A DNA stretch of 28,959 nucleotides from a virus (lineage: Duplodnaviria; Caudoviricetes). The notes beneath the pieces are model-generated. The model saw only the letters and a list, made by a program, of their open reading frames with translations. It made no database searches and had not been told where the DNA came from. Shown piece after piece: positions 8,220 through 18,243 of the stretch. How positions within the stretch are numbered: the stretch's first letter is position 1; every line of letters starts with the position of its first letter. The stretch lies in IMG/VR virus record IMGVR_UViG_3300011113_000733, positions 1 to 28,959 of that record; one strand, given 5' to 3'. The position numbers were made by a program, and so were the translations under genes.

Positions 8220-9083
8220 TCAATCATCAAGAGCAGCGAAAGCATCATCTATCTTCTTTTTATTAGGAGACTTCTTTGATGCTGGAGCAGCCTTAACTTC
8301 TTCCACAACCTCTTCATCATCCTCTGATGAACCAGATGACTCTGATACTTCCATAGACTCTACAATTGAGGATTTAGAAGCAAGGAAATTTTCAATAATT
8401 TCTCCAAGCTGTTCCTCGTTCTTTACCTGACCCTTAAAGATTTCTTCAAGGTTTGGAACACCAGCAAGAATCTTCGTTCTATCCGCTTCAGAAAGGGCTA
8501 GAGGGCTTGGCTTACGACGTGGCTGTAGCTTGATATCCTTTACAGCAAAGCCGTTAAAAGTCTTTTCTGTTGGCGTTACAGTCACAGTAAAGTCATAACC
8601 AGATTCTGGATGCGTAAGATCCTCGTCAGAATAATCTGGATGAGCAAAGATAGCATAAAGATCGTTTAGCATCTTGCTGTTAAACTCCCAAAGCTGAACG
8701 CCCTTAGCTTCTTCTCCTCTGACAAGGATTGGAATATAATAGCGTTCACGAGGACGAAGCTGAGTGAATAGCTTCCATGAAGACTTGCTGCTTCGATCCT
8801 TGCGAAGATCCGTTAGCATTTCAAAAATTGGATCTGGCATACCGAACTGGGCAGGAGCAACGAAACGACGTTCTGAAAGAAGACGGCTATCATAATAGCT
8901 TACTTCCTGTACTGGCTGACCATTTGAATCTCGGTATGGAAGAATTCGGATATCGTGCTGTCCGATCTGTGGCTTCCAATAAGTTAGCTTTGGTCTATTT
9001 TTATTTTCGGTCGTTAGAGTTGCTGACTTCTTTCCCGAAAGGGCTGCGATTTTACGTTTAATAGCTTCAATATCGTATGACAT
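8220..9083 (-). CDS. T4 gp32-like single-stranded DNA-binding protein
   Basis: YWKP...IRILPY, RYYIPILVRGEE, GYDFTV and acidic tail IDDAFAALDD; adjacent to recA. Confidence 0.85.
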   Translation of the reverse strand: MSYDIEAIKRKIAALSGKKSATLTTENKNRPKLTYWKPQIGQHDIRILPYRDSNGQPVQEVSYYDSRLLSERRFVAPAQFGMPDPIFEMLTDLRKDRSSKSSWKLFTQLRPRERYYIPILVRGEEAKGVQLWEFNSKMLNDLYAIFAHPDYSDEDLTHPESGYDFTVTVTPTEKTFNGFAVKDIKLQPRRKPSPLALSEADRTKILAGVPNLEEIFKGQVKNEEQLGEIIENFLASKSSIVESMEVSESSGSSEDDEEVVEEVKAAPASKKSPNKKKIDDAFAALDD

Positions 9084-9107
9084 ATTTTGTTTTTCTTTCT
9101 TTGGTTA

Positions 9108-9169
9108 GGGTTGCACTAATGGCGTTAAAAAATAAGTTAAATTGTTAATAAATGGGTTGCACTAGTGGC
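9108..9169. repeat. Two 16-nt direct repeats GGGTTGCACTARTGGC in the SSB leader
   Basis: Copies at 9108-9123 and 9154-9169 with 1 mismatch, separated by 30 nt of AT-rich spacer. Confidence 0.9.
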
Positions 9170-9213
9170 ATATATAATTATTTCTCTAGCACAACTTTTT
9201 GTACAAAAAACAC

Positions 9214-9825
9214 TCAAATAAGGGAAGTAATTCCATTATTTTTAATACAAACAGTCCTTACGGAGTGTTGTAAAACTATAGATAACCAAGAGTCCTTAAA
9301 TGAAGGAACATAGCTGATTGCTTCTGTAGATCTTACATTTAGAGACATGATTGCACCAATTTCATCTTCACTTAAAGGACAATGAAATTGATTCAACCAA
9401 TAAAGAGATCTAGTAGCAACTGATAGATTTGAAAGATTGGAGTTGATCTCAAACAACATTCCCTTGTCACGATGCCATTGAGAATTCTGTGGATAATAAT
9501 AATCTTCTTCTAGATTTCCTAGTTTCCCGATATCATGAAAAAGACCAGCTATAATGATACTATCAGTTGGTACTTCAACATCGTATAACTTTACTAAATC
9601 TCTCATCATTTTTGTGACATTAATACTATGCCATACTAATCCGCCAGTAAAACAGCCAACATATTCTTGTTTGGTTGATGCTGGACAGACAGGTGCTCTA
9701 TCTGCTACTTTTTCACAGAGAGCTAAACAAGCATCTCGCTTCTCATTATCTTCAATCTTTGAAACGAGATTTTTGTATAAAACCCAATTGGCTGTTATCT
9801 TTTGTATTAGAGGTGAATCCGTCAT
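9214..9825 (-). CDS. HD-domain phosphohydrolase
   Basis: PAS...GGLVWHS and LFHDIGK motifs. Confidence 0.85.
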   Translation of the reverse strand: MTDSPLIQKITANWVLYKNLVSKIEDNEKRDACLALCEKVADRAPVCPASTKQEYVGCFTGGLVWHSINVTKMMRDLVKLYDVEVPTDSIIIAGLFHDIGKLGNLEEDYYYPQNSQWHRDKGMLFEINSNLSNLSVATRSLYWLNQFHCPLSEDEIGAIMSLNVRSTEAISYVPSFKDSWLSIVLQHSVRTVCIKNNGITSLI

Positions 9826-9831
9826 ACATAT

Positions 9832-9860
9832 AAAATAACAGCCAAGATTATGGATTTAAA
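9832..9860 (-). promoter_or_regulatory. Sigma70-like extended -10 promoter, leaderless
   Basis: TTTAAA-17nt (ending TGT)-TATTTT, 6 nt to ATG 9825; no SD. Confidence 0.45.
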
Positions 9861-9872
9861 CAGTTATGAATA

Positions 9873-10190
9873 TCAAGTAAATCTACGTAAACGCGCTGGA
9901 ACATGATCTCTATTTTTTCCAGTCAGTGATCTCGTTTGAGGATCATTATGATGTGCCGCTTTTGTTCCTGCCTCGTTTCCGTTACTATTCGTTCTCTTAA
10001 TTTCTTTTTGAATTCTTTCTATCAACCATCTTTTATATGACACAGGAAAACTATAATAATCTCCCCATGTCATACCAAAATAATAACCTAATAAAAAGAA
10101 TGGTTCAAGAAGAACTGCTTCTTTATCTTCTGGCGTTAGGCCAAAAAAATGTCGGTCCCATTGGGAGCGCCACCTCATCGCTATGATCAC
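9873..10190 (-). CDS. gp51-like / tail-assembly-chaperone 'T'-like ORF, probably expressed by frameshift from the upstream gene
   Basis: FFLLGYYFGMTWGDYYSFPVSYKRWLIERI resembles small gp51/GT-type segments; overlaps the gp26-like gene across a T7 run; no convincing start of its own. Confidence 0.65.
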   Translation of the reverse strand: MIIAMRWRSQWDRHFFGLTPEDKEAVLLEPFFLLGYYFGMTWGDYYSFPVSYKRWLIERIQKEIKRTNSNGNEAGTKAAHHNDPQTRSLTGKNRDHVPARLRRFT

Positions 10191-11004
10191 ATGATTTACA
10201 AGAGAAGTTAATTGTCATATTAACACCAGGCTCATTGTCATCAATATATTTTCTCAGCTCAAGAGAATCACGAGCTGGCATATATTGTACAAATTTAGAA
10301 ATAAAGGAACGTTCTTTGTTGCCATCTACCTCTACGATACAAGATAAAAGTCTGCTTGTAATAAGATTGTCATTTACAAGACCTTTCTTTTTCCTTGCTT
10401 CCATTTGTTGAAGAATTTCTTCTTCTTCTTTTCCAGTCAAGAATTTAAATTTAACATTCTTTTTTGAATTTGGTAAAAGGTACGTAAATAAATTTTCACC
10501 TGGAACTGTTGGCTCTAATTGCAATGGTTTAATTGGCAACTGAGTGAGATCAACATCTAATTCATTTTTAAATTCACAATTTGGGCATTGTAATACCGGA
10601 GTATATTCTCTTCCATAACCTGAAATTCTTACGGCTATCATGAGTGCATTTCTATCACCAGATAAGAGAGAATTAACTTCAATACTTGGATCTATCAAAC
10701 AGCTTTTAAGAAGCTCGGTAATAACCGTGCCTTTTTTAATTAAGGCGCGACTCATCAAAATATCTTCATCTTTAGCCGTCATTGCTCTATATTCTATTTC
10801 ACCAGCTTGATGTAGAGGATGATTTACTGAGTAGACTTTTCCACCAGAAGGAAGTGGAACTGCATCAATAGGAATTTCCATTCCTAATTCTCTTTTAGCA
10901 TATTCTTCTCGACTCATTCCTGGAACTGATGTCGCAGCAGCTTGTTGAGCAGCAAAAATTGCATTTCTTAAGTTTCTTTGTTCTTGTTCATTCGATTCTG
11001 ACAT
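10123..11004 (-). CDS. T4 gp26-like baseplate hub / tail assembly chaperone protein
   Basis: LPSGGKVY, YRAMTAKDEDIL, GDRNALMIAVRISGYG, two CxxC motifs (CPNC, CKSC), C-terminal FFWP; GAGGTG SD. Confidence 0.8.
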   Translation of the reverse strand: MSESNEQEQRNLRNAIFAAQQAAATSVPGMSREEYAKRELGMEIPIDAVPLPSGGKVYSVNHPLHQAGEIEYRAMTAKDEDILMSRALIKKGTVITELLKSCLIDPSIEVNSLLSGDRNALMIAVRISGYGREYTPVLQCPNCEFKNELDVDLTQLPIKPLQLEPTVPGENLFTYLLPNSKKNVKFKFLTGKEEEEILQQMEARKKKGLVNDNLITSRLLSCIVEVDGNKERSFISKFVQYMPARDSLELRKYIDDNEPGVNMTINFSCKSCDHSDEVALPMGPTFFWPNARR

Positions 11005-11074
11005 TTAGATACACCTCTATGTAAAAAGTTTATTTAACTTTTATAACTTGTATATTTTTAATTTAAAAATTTAT

Positions 11075-12316
11075 TCATGGCATAGAAATACATGGATTTC
11101 TTATTATATCTCTGAGAGAATTTGCCATTTCCAATGAATCTGTTGTTAATTCAAAATATGTCCCACACATATCGAAATGATTATAATATCCAGGAGGAAC
11201 TACAGTAGCAAATATTTCACCGTGAGTTAAAGCACTGCACATTGTTTCTTCGCTAACGGGTGGTCTTCTATAACTTTGCCCTTCTTCGTCGGTGAAGAGA
11301 ATTATAATTCTTATAGTATTTTCTCTCCACCCAATTCTTAATTCATCGTCCATTCCTAAAAGATAAACAGCATCATAAGAAGGCTCACTGCCACCACCAA
11401 AAGTTGCAAAATCACTAGCTAAAACTGTGGTAAAATCTGTAAATGGCACAAGATCGCTGACTATAGATACAGTTGCATCTATCATTCCTGGTATGATTAA
11501 TAATCCAAATCTAAAGGTCGGATCGCTTCCAAAAATAGTTGTAAATTCATTTGTTGCATCTCTTACAGCTTCTATTTCGCTCGACATGCTTCCAGATATA
11601 TCTATGATATAAACAACATCAAATCCATCGACTCTATTACCGATACAAACTTCAGATGTCATAACTCCATCTATACAAGTATCGCAATCATTATCAATAC
11701 CATCACAAGCAAATGTTCCTATCTCTGCTCTTGGAGGAATAGCACCTATACATTCATCCCAAAACCCTTGATAACATACCTGAACTCCGCGCTCACAAGG
11801 AGAATTTAAAATTGATGAAACCGGTAAATCATCCTCATAACACCATCTAGACAATGGACCTCTGCTATCGCCATCTATATCTCCATCACAATCATTATCA
11901 AGATTGTCACATATTTCTGGAGTACATTCTATTCTTGAACATCTACCTCGTATACAACCAAACCCAGAATTAGAAGCGCCACATTCTCCATCAAATTCAC
12001 ATATTGCGCCATTAGGATCTGATGGTCTACAAACTCCAAACCTACATTCTTCCGTTTCTGAATTGCACGGCGGAGAATTACCACACAAACACTCATTCAT
12101 TCTGCAACGATCTGTAATTGCATAAGGACAAGCATAACCGCATGATCCACAGTTGTTAAAATCATTTTCTATGCCTGCATCATATTCACATGCAACTACA
12201 GGTACATCCGGATAAATACGAACTCCTCCATCTACAGGAGTTTCGGAATAAACTGTACAACCTGATAAAACTATAAATGTAATAAGTGATGTTAACCTCA
12301 TAACGGTATAATTCAT
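11075..12316 (-). CDS. Cys-rich vWA-domain lipoprotein (myxobacterial-type architecture)
   Basis: Signal peptide with lipobox LSGC; NNCGSCGYAC; two CDxxDNDCD repeats; MIDAS DISGS; IILFTDE. Confidence 0.8.
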   Translation of the reverse strand: MNYTVMRLTSLITFIVLSGCTVYSETPVDGGVRIYPDVPVVACEYDAGIENDFNNCGSCGYACPYAITDRCRMNECLCGNSPPCNSETEECRFGVCRPSDPNGAICEFDGECGASNSGFGCIRGRCSRIECTPEICDNLDNDCDGDIDGDSRGPLSRWCYEDDLPVSSILNSPCERGVQVCYQGFWDECIGAIPPRAEIGTFACDGIDNDCDTCIDGVMTSEVCIGNRVDGFDVVYIIDISGSMSSEIEAVRDATNEFTTIFGSDPTFRFGLLIIPGMIDATVSIVSDLVPFTDFTTVLASDFATFGGGSEPSYDAVYLLGMDDELRIGWRENTIRIIILFTDEEGQSYRRPPVSEETMCSALTHGEIFATVVPPGYYNHFDMCGTYFELTTDSLEMANSLRDIIRNPCISMP

Positions 12317-12354
12317 TATGAAACATAAAATTTATATCATTAAAATATTTTATT

Positions 12355-12400
12355 AATAAAAAGAGAAGAGCCCGAGTTTTTAGGCTCGGGCTCTTTATTT
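12355..12400 (-). terminator. Intrinsic (possibly bidirectional) terminator after the major capsid gene
   Basis: 11-bp stem AAGAGCCCGAG/CTCGGGCTCTT with T-rich tails on both strands. Confidence 0.85.
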
Positions 12401-12428
12401 TATCCTGTTATATCAGGTTTGATTACGA

Positions 12429-14345
12429 TCAGATGAGGGAGAGATCAAGGACCGTTACGGTTCCGTAGAAGTCCGAACGAACCATCTTCTTGCCGTAGCG
12501 GGTCATTACGCCCTTACGTGGAGTGAAGTCCTCCTGAGCATAGATGACTGGGGTAAGGATTAGTGGAACGTATGGAGCGTAGATGTAACCGGATTCAAGG
12601 AAGGTATTTCCTTTAAGACCGACAAGAATCTTGTTGGCTGGGAAATATGGATCTTTGTAAACGGTGTATCTGTTGTTAAGGGTACCGACAGATTCTGCAC
12701 CTACGGTCATGCTGTCACGAACTTGACCATCGGAGTCAAGGCGATAGGATGGCTTGTAAGCGACCATGTGTTCGAAGATTGTGCATACGTCTGGTGAGGT
12801 AACGATGAAGTTACCAGAACCACGTAGGGTCTTCTTGTGGATGGTGTTTGCAACGTCTGTGACGGTTTCAACAAGTGTTTGATACCATTCTTGGATATTG
12901 ACGAAGGCTTGTGGACCTGGAGCGAATGCGGAGCTTTGTAGAGCTTCTGCACCTGTGAACTTGTTAACGATCTTACCTGGAGCGCGGGACCAGTAAAGGT
13001 TTGCTGCGCCAGCTTGAGTAAGAAGGTCGTTAAGGATTTCACGATCAATATCAAGCGTGATCATCTCAGAGAGGATGTTTGTAAGTTCAACTTCAACGTC
13101 GATGCTGTAGAAAGCAGTAAGGTCTTGAGCCATTTCTGGGGACCAACGTGCTCTGAGCTTACGGGTTGTTGCTGTTACGCTTGTTGATTCGATACGGATG
13201 TCAACATCTGGAATCTTTGGAGAAGCATCAACTGCGAAGTTGGATTCGAAGGATGGGATTGTAAGTGTTGAGCCATCGGAGTTAACTGATAGTGAATCAG
13301 CGATTGCGGCAGAACCAGAAGCGTTGATTGTTGAACCAGCGGATACGAAGGATGGAGAGGTAGCATTTTCAACACGTAGAACGAATAGAACGTGTGTACC
13401 GTTTAGTGGATCTGGTGTGAAGACAGAGCCATTCCAGTTACCACGACGATTTGCTTTACGAAGGTTGAGGATACCAGTTCCACCTTGGTATTGTTCGCCC
13501 CAAGCACGTAGAGTTGAACCACCTACGCCGCCTGTGCCACCAAGACCATATAGAGCAACTTGATCTAGATTTAGTAGATCAGCGCCGGAGATGGCTGTGG
13601 TGATTGCAGAGGCTGAAACGAATAGGAAGGAGTAATCAACAAGGTTATCTGCAAGGTCAACTTCAACTTTTGAATCGTAGTTGACGAAACGTGCATTGTA
13701 ACCACCGAAGTCGGAGGAAGCGGAAACTACACCGTAGTTAACCCAGGTGTTTGTTCCAGCTTGCCATGCACCCATTGCGCCAGAGTGAACAAGAACGGTA
13801 TTTGAATTCTTGTGAACTTTGGAGTAACCAGTGCCGACTAGATCGTATTGACCGCCAGTTGCAAGTGAACCAGAGCGAACGCCTGCGCCGCGTGGATTGT
13901 TATAAACTGATTGACCACGAGCATAGGTTGCTGCTGAAGCTGAATCGCTAAGACCAACGCCTGCATCGCCACCATTGTTATTGCCATAGGTGTAATCTAA
14001 GTAGAATAGTAGACCGGTTGGAAGGCTCATTGGTTGTACGGAGACAACTTCATTTGCGATTAGACCGGCGAATACTCTACGAACGATTGGGAATGCAACG
14101 TTAGTAAAACCAACTACTTGACCTGAAGAAACTAAGCTACCGCCACCTGTGGATAGAGCATTTGATTCTTTTAGTAGTTCTGCACATTGATTTTCAAGTA
14201 GTGAAGCCATGTTGTCACGTTGAATGCCTTTAAGACCTTCAAGTAGACCTGTTGCGCCCCACTTTTTTACGAGACGTGGTGAATCTGCACCGAGAGAGCG
14301 TCTGTGTACGCCTTCTGCTAATTGTGATAGTGTAAACGTTTTCAT
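12429..14345 (-). CDS. Major capsid protein, T4 gp23-like
   Basis: FPIVRRVF, VSVQPMSLPTGLLFYL, TRKLRARWSPEMAQDL, GYIYAPYVPL, FTPRKGVMTRYG; AGGAG SD; strongly biased codon usage. Confidence 0.95.
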   Translation of the reverse strand: MKTFTLSQLAEGVHRRSLGADSPRLVKKWGATGLLEGLKGIQRDNMASLLENQCAELLKESNALSTGGGSLVSSGQVVGFTNVAFPIVRRVFAGLIANEVVSVQPMSLPTGLLFYLDYTYGNNNGGDAGVGLSDSASAATYARGQSVYNNPRGAGVRSGSLATGGQYDLVGTGYSKVHKNSNTVLVHSGAMGAWQAGTNTWVNYGVVSASSDFGGYNARFVNYDSKVEVDLADNLVDYSFLFVSASAITTAISGADLLNLDQVALYGLGGTGGVGGSTLRAWGEQYQGGTGILNLRKANRRGNWNGSVFTPDPLNGTHVLFVLRVENATSPSFVSAGSTINASGSAAIADSLSVNSDGSTLTIPSFESNFAVDASPKIPDVDIRIESTSVTATTRKLRARWSPEMAQDLTAFYSIDVEVELTNILSEMITLDIDREILNDLLTQAGAANLYWSRAPGKIVNKFTGAEALQSSAFAPGPQAFVNIQEWYQTLVETVTDVANTIHKKTLRGSGNFIVTSPDVCTIFEHMVAYKPSYRLDSDGQVRDSMTVGAESVGTLNNRYTVYKDPYFPANKILVGLKGNTFLESGYIYAPYVPLILTPVIYAQEDFTPRKGVMTRYGKKMVRSDFYGTVTVLDLSLI

Positions 14346-14390
14346 TATTTTTCTCCTAAATTTTAAAACTATTTCTGCTTTTAGCTAAAT

Positions 14391-14396
14391 TAAATA

Positions 14397-14397
<1 letters not shown>
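14391..14397 (-). promoter_or_regulatory. Candidate late promoter motif ATATTTA
   Basis: Upstream of the capsid gene; motif shared across the head module. Confidence 0.55.
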
Positions 14398-16439
<2,042 letters not shown>

Positions 16440-16456
16440 TTTTTTACCTCAAGCTT

Positions 16457-16463
16457 TAATTAT
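16457..16463 (-). promoter_or_regulatory. Candidate late promoter motif ATAATTA
   Basis: In the 30-nt gap upstream of the scaffold gene. Confidence 0.55.
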
Positions 16464-16469
16464 CGCTGA

Positions 16470-16967
16470 TCAGGTGGAGCTTCCCTTGCCGAGAATATAT
16501 TGACCAATTTTTAATTGAGAAATTGCTGCGGAAGTATCTTTTGGATTTGCCGCCAAATTTCCACCAGTACCAGGAGCTGCATTAAATGCACCACCACCAC
16601 CACGAAGACGCTCAGTTGCTTCTGCGCCAGCAGCAGGAATACCAGCAGGATTGTGTGGATCTTCTGGAGCCGTTGCAACGTTTGGAGAATATGGAGTAGC
16701 TGGAAGTCCGCCACCACCTGTCTCTACATCATTCAAATCTGGTGCTGTTTGATAATCAATATTTACAGTACCAAAAGTATGACCACCATCATTTACTTCA
16801 CCAGACATGACAACATTCATAAATGTTTGCGTTACTGTCTCATCATTTATTTCTCCAGAATAAACTGGTGAACCTGGATAAAGTGTGTATAAATCTGCGG
16901 TAGATGTACTTCCCAAACCGTATGTTCTTACGGGTGGTTGAACCATTAATTGTCTTCTTCCTGCCAT
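16470..16967 (-). CDS. Hypothetical Gly/Pro-rich protein in the head module
   Basis: 165 aa; AGGAG SD; ATATTTA at 17012-17018. Confidence 0.8.
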   Translation of the reverse strand: MAGRRQLMVQPPVRTYGLGSTSTADLYTLYPGSPVYSGEINDETVTQTFMNVVMSGEVNDGGHTFGTVNIDYQTAPDLNDVETGGGGLPATPYSPNVATAPEDPHNPAGIPAAGAEATERLRGGGGAFNAAPGTGGNLAANPKDTSAAISQLKIGQYILGKGSST

Positions 16968-17025
16968 GTTGGACTCCTAATTCATGCAATAATATTTTTT
17001 AATTGCTATATTAAATATTATCTTA

Positions 17026-17490
17026 TTATCGTTTCTGACCACCCATTGCAATTGCAGCCCAACGTTTCATATCTCCGCCAGCACTTAATGCTTGTAAATC
17101 TTGTACTTCATGCGCTGAAACAGGTGTATTGTCTTCAACAATCATATTTCCACCAGTTCTCATTTGAGAATCATTTAATAGCATTTTTTGCAATGTTGTT
17201 TTGGCAGTATCTTCTAATAAAGCAGCATATAAACCAGCTTGTTGTGGTTTAGCTGCCGTTACCATCTTTGCAGTATTTTGAATAATGTTTTGCAAGTGCG
17301 GATTCACATTAGATTGTTGTTGATTTACATTCCCTGAAAATTGTTGATTTTGCCCAGCAACTATTCCTGAGTTTGGTAAAACATTTCCAGATATTGATTC
17401 TGATAATATTTGATTAAATGCACCCTCTGTTATTAATTCACGAATGCATTCTTTAATCATTAATCTAAATTCACCCTTGGTTAGCTTCAT
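17026..17490 (-). CDS. Hypothetical protein in the head module
   Basis: 154 aa; N-terminal MKLTKGEFRLMIKECIRELITEG helix; ATAATTA at 17516-17522. Confidence 0.8.
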   Translation of the reverse strand: MKLTKGEFRLMIKECIRELITEGAFNQILSESISGNVLPNSGIVAGQNQQFSGNVNQQQSNVNPHLQNIIQNTAKMVTAAKPQQAGLYAALLEDTAKTTLQKMLLNDSQMRTGGNMIVEDNTPVSAHEVQDLQALSAGGDMKRWAAIAMGGQKR

Positions 17491-17550
17491 ACTTCAAAAC
17501 CTTTTCTTTGAAAATTAATTATAGAATATGTAATTTGTTTCTTTTTTGAT

Positions 17551-17586
17551 AAAAAAAGATATGCCAAACTATAACTAGTTTGGCAT
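17551..17586 (-). terminator. Intrinsic terminator after the prohead protease
   Basis: ATGCCAAACTA-taac-TAGTTTGGCAT, followed by U7 on the minus strand. Confidence 0.7.
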
Positions 17587-17643
17587 TTATTCACTTTAAA
17601 CGAAAAAATTAAATTAATTCAAAGAAAAGAATTAGAAATAATA

Positions 17644-18243
17644 TCATTTTTTATCTTTAATTCGAATCAAGTCATTTAAAACTCGATCAATTCTATCGTT
17701 TCTAGAAAAGATCTTGTTTAAGATTCTTGGATCAACATCTCTAGCTTCTTTCATCATAAATGCACCAGGCGTTGAAGGCTCTGACACTAAATCCCAGCAA
17801 ATAAGATGAAGATCATCTTGAACAACATCTGCATCCCCACGACTTCTTACTGATCCAAGAGCACGAGATGAAATGCCAATCTTAACATTACTTTCAATTA
17901 GAGATTTTGCAATATTGCCCATTGGAGTTGGAAGAATTTCAATCTTTCCATAAACAACTCCACCATCAGTCCAAATGTCTGTTATAAGATGAGAAACGTT
18001 TTTTAAATTAACAACAGGATCATCAGCATGATCTAGTTCTCCGGTTGCTCTTCGTTCTAAAACTAGTTTTTTATAATTCTCTATCTCTTTAAAAAGAATA
18101 TCTTTTGGATAAACTCTTCCATTTTGATTTAACGTATCAGCACGTTGAATTACACCTTTAACAACTAAATTATTTATTCCACTTGCTTTTTCTTCTTTAA
18201 GAACTTCATATTCGAATTCTGTATATTCTTTTAAAAATTTCAT
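17644..18243 (-). CDS. Prohead core protease, T4 gp21-like
   Basis: NQNGRVYP, GELDH (His), GISSRALGS (Ser), WDLVSEPS (Asp). Confidence 0.95.
   Translation of the reverse strand: MKFLKEYTEFEYEVLKEEKASGINNLVVKGVIQRADTLNQNGRVYPKDILFKEIENYKKLVLERRATGELDHADDPVVNLKNVSHLITDIWTDGGVVYGKIEILPTPMGNIAKSLIESNVKIGISSRALGSVRSRGDADVVQDDLHLICWDLVSEPSTPGAFMMKEARDVDPRILNKIFSRNDRIDRVLNDLIRIKDKK

Noticed and set aside
9108-9169. Repeat-spacer-repeat as a mini CRISPR array
   Set aside because: Only two 16-nt copies, too short for CRISPR repeats, and no cas genes; the adjacent HD protein lacks a Cas3 helicase.
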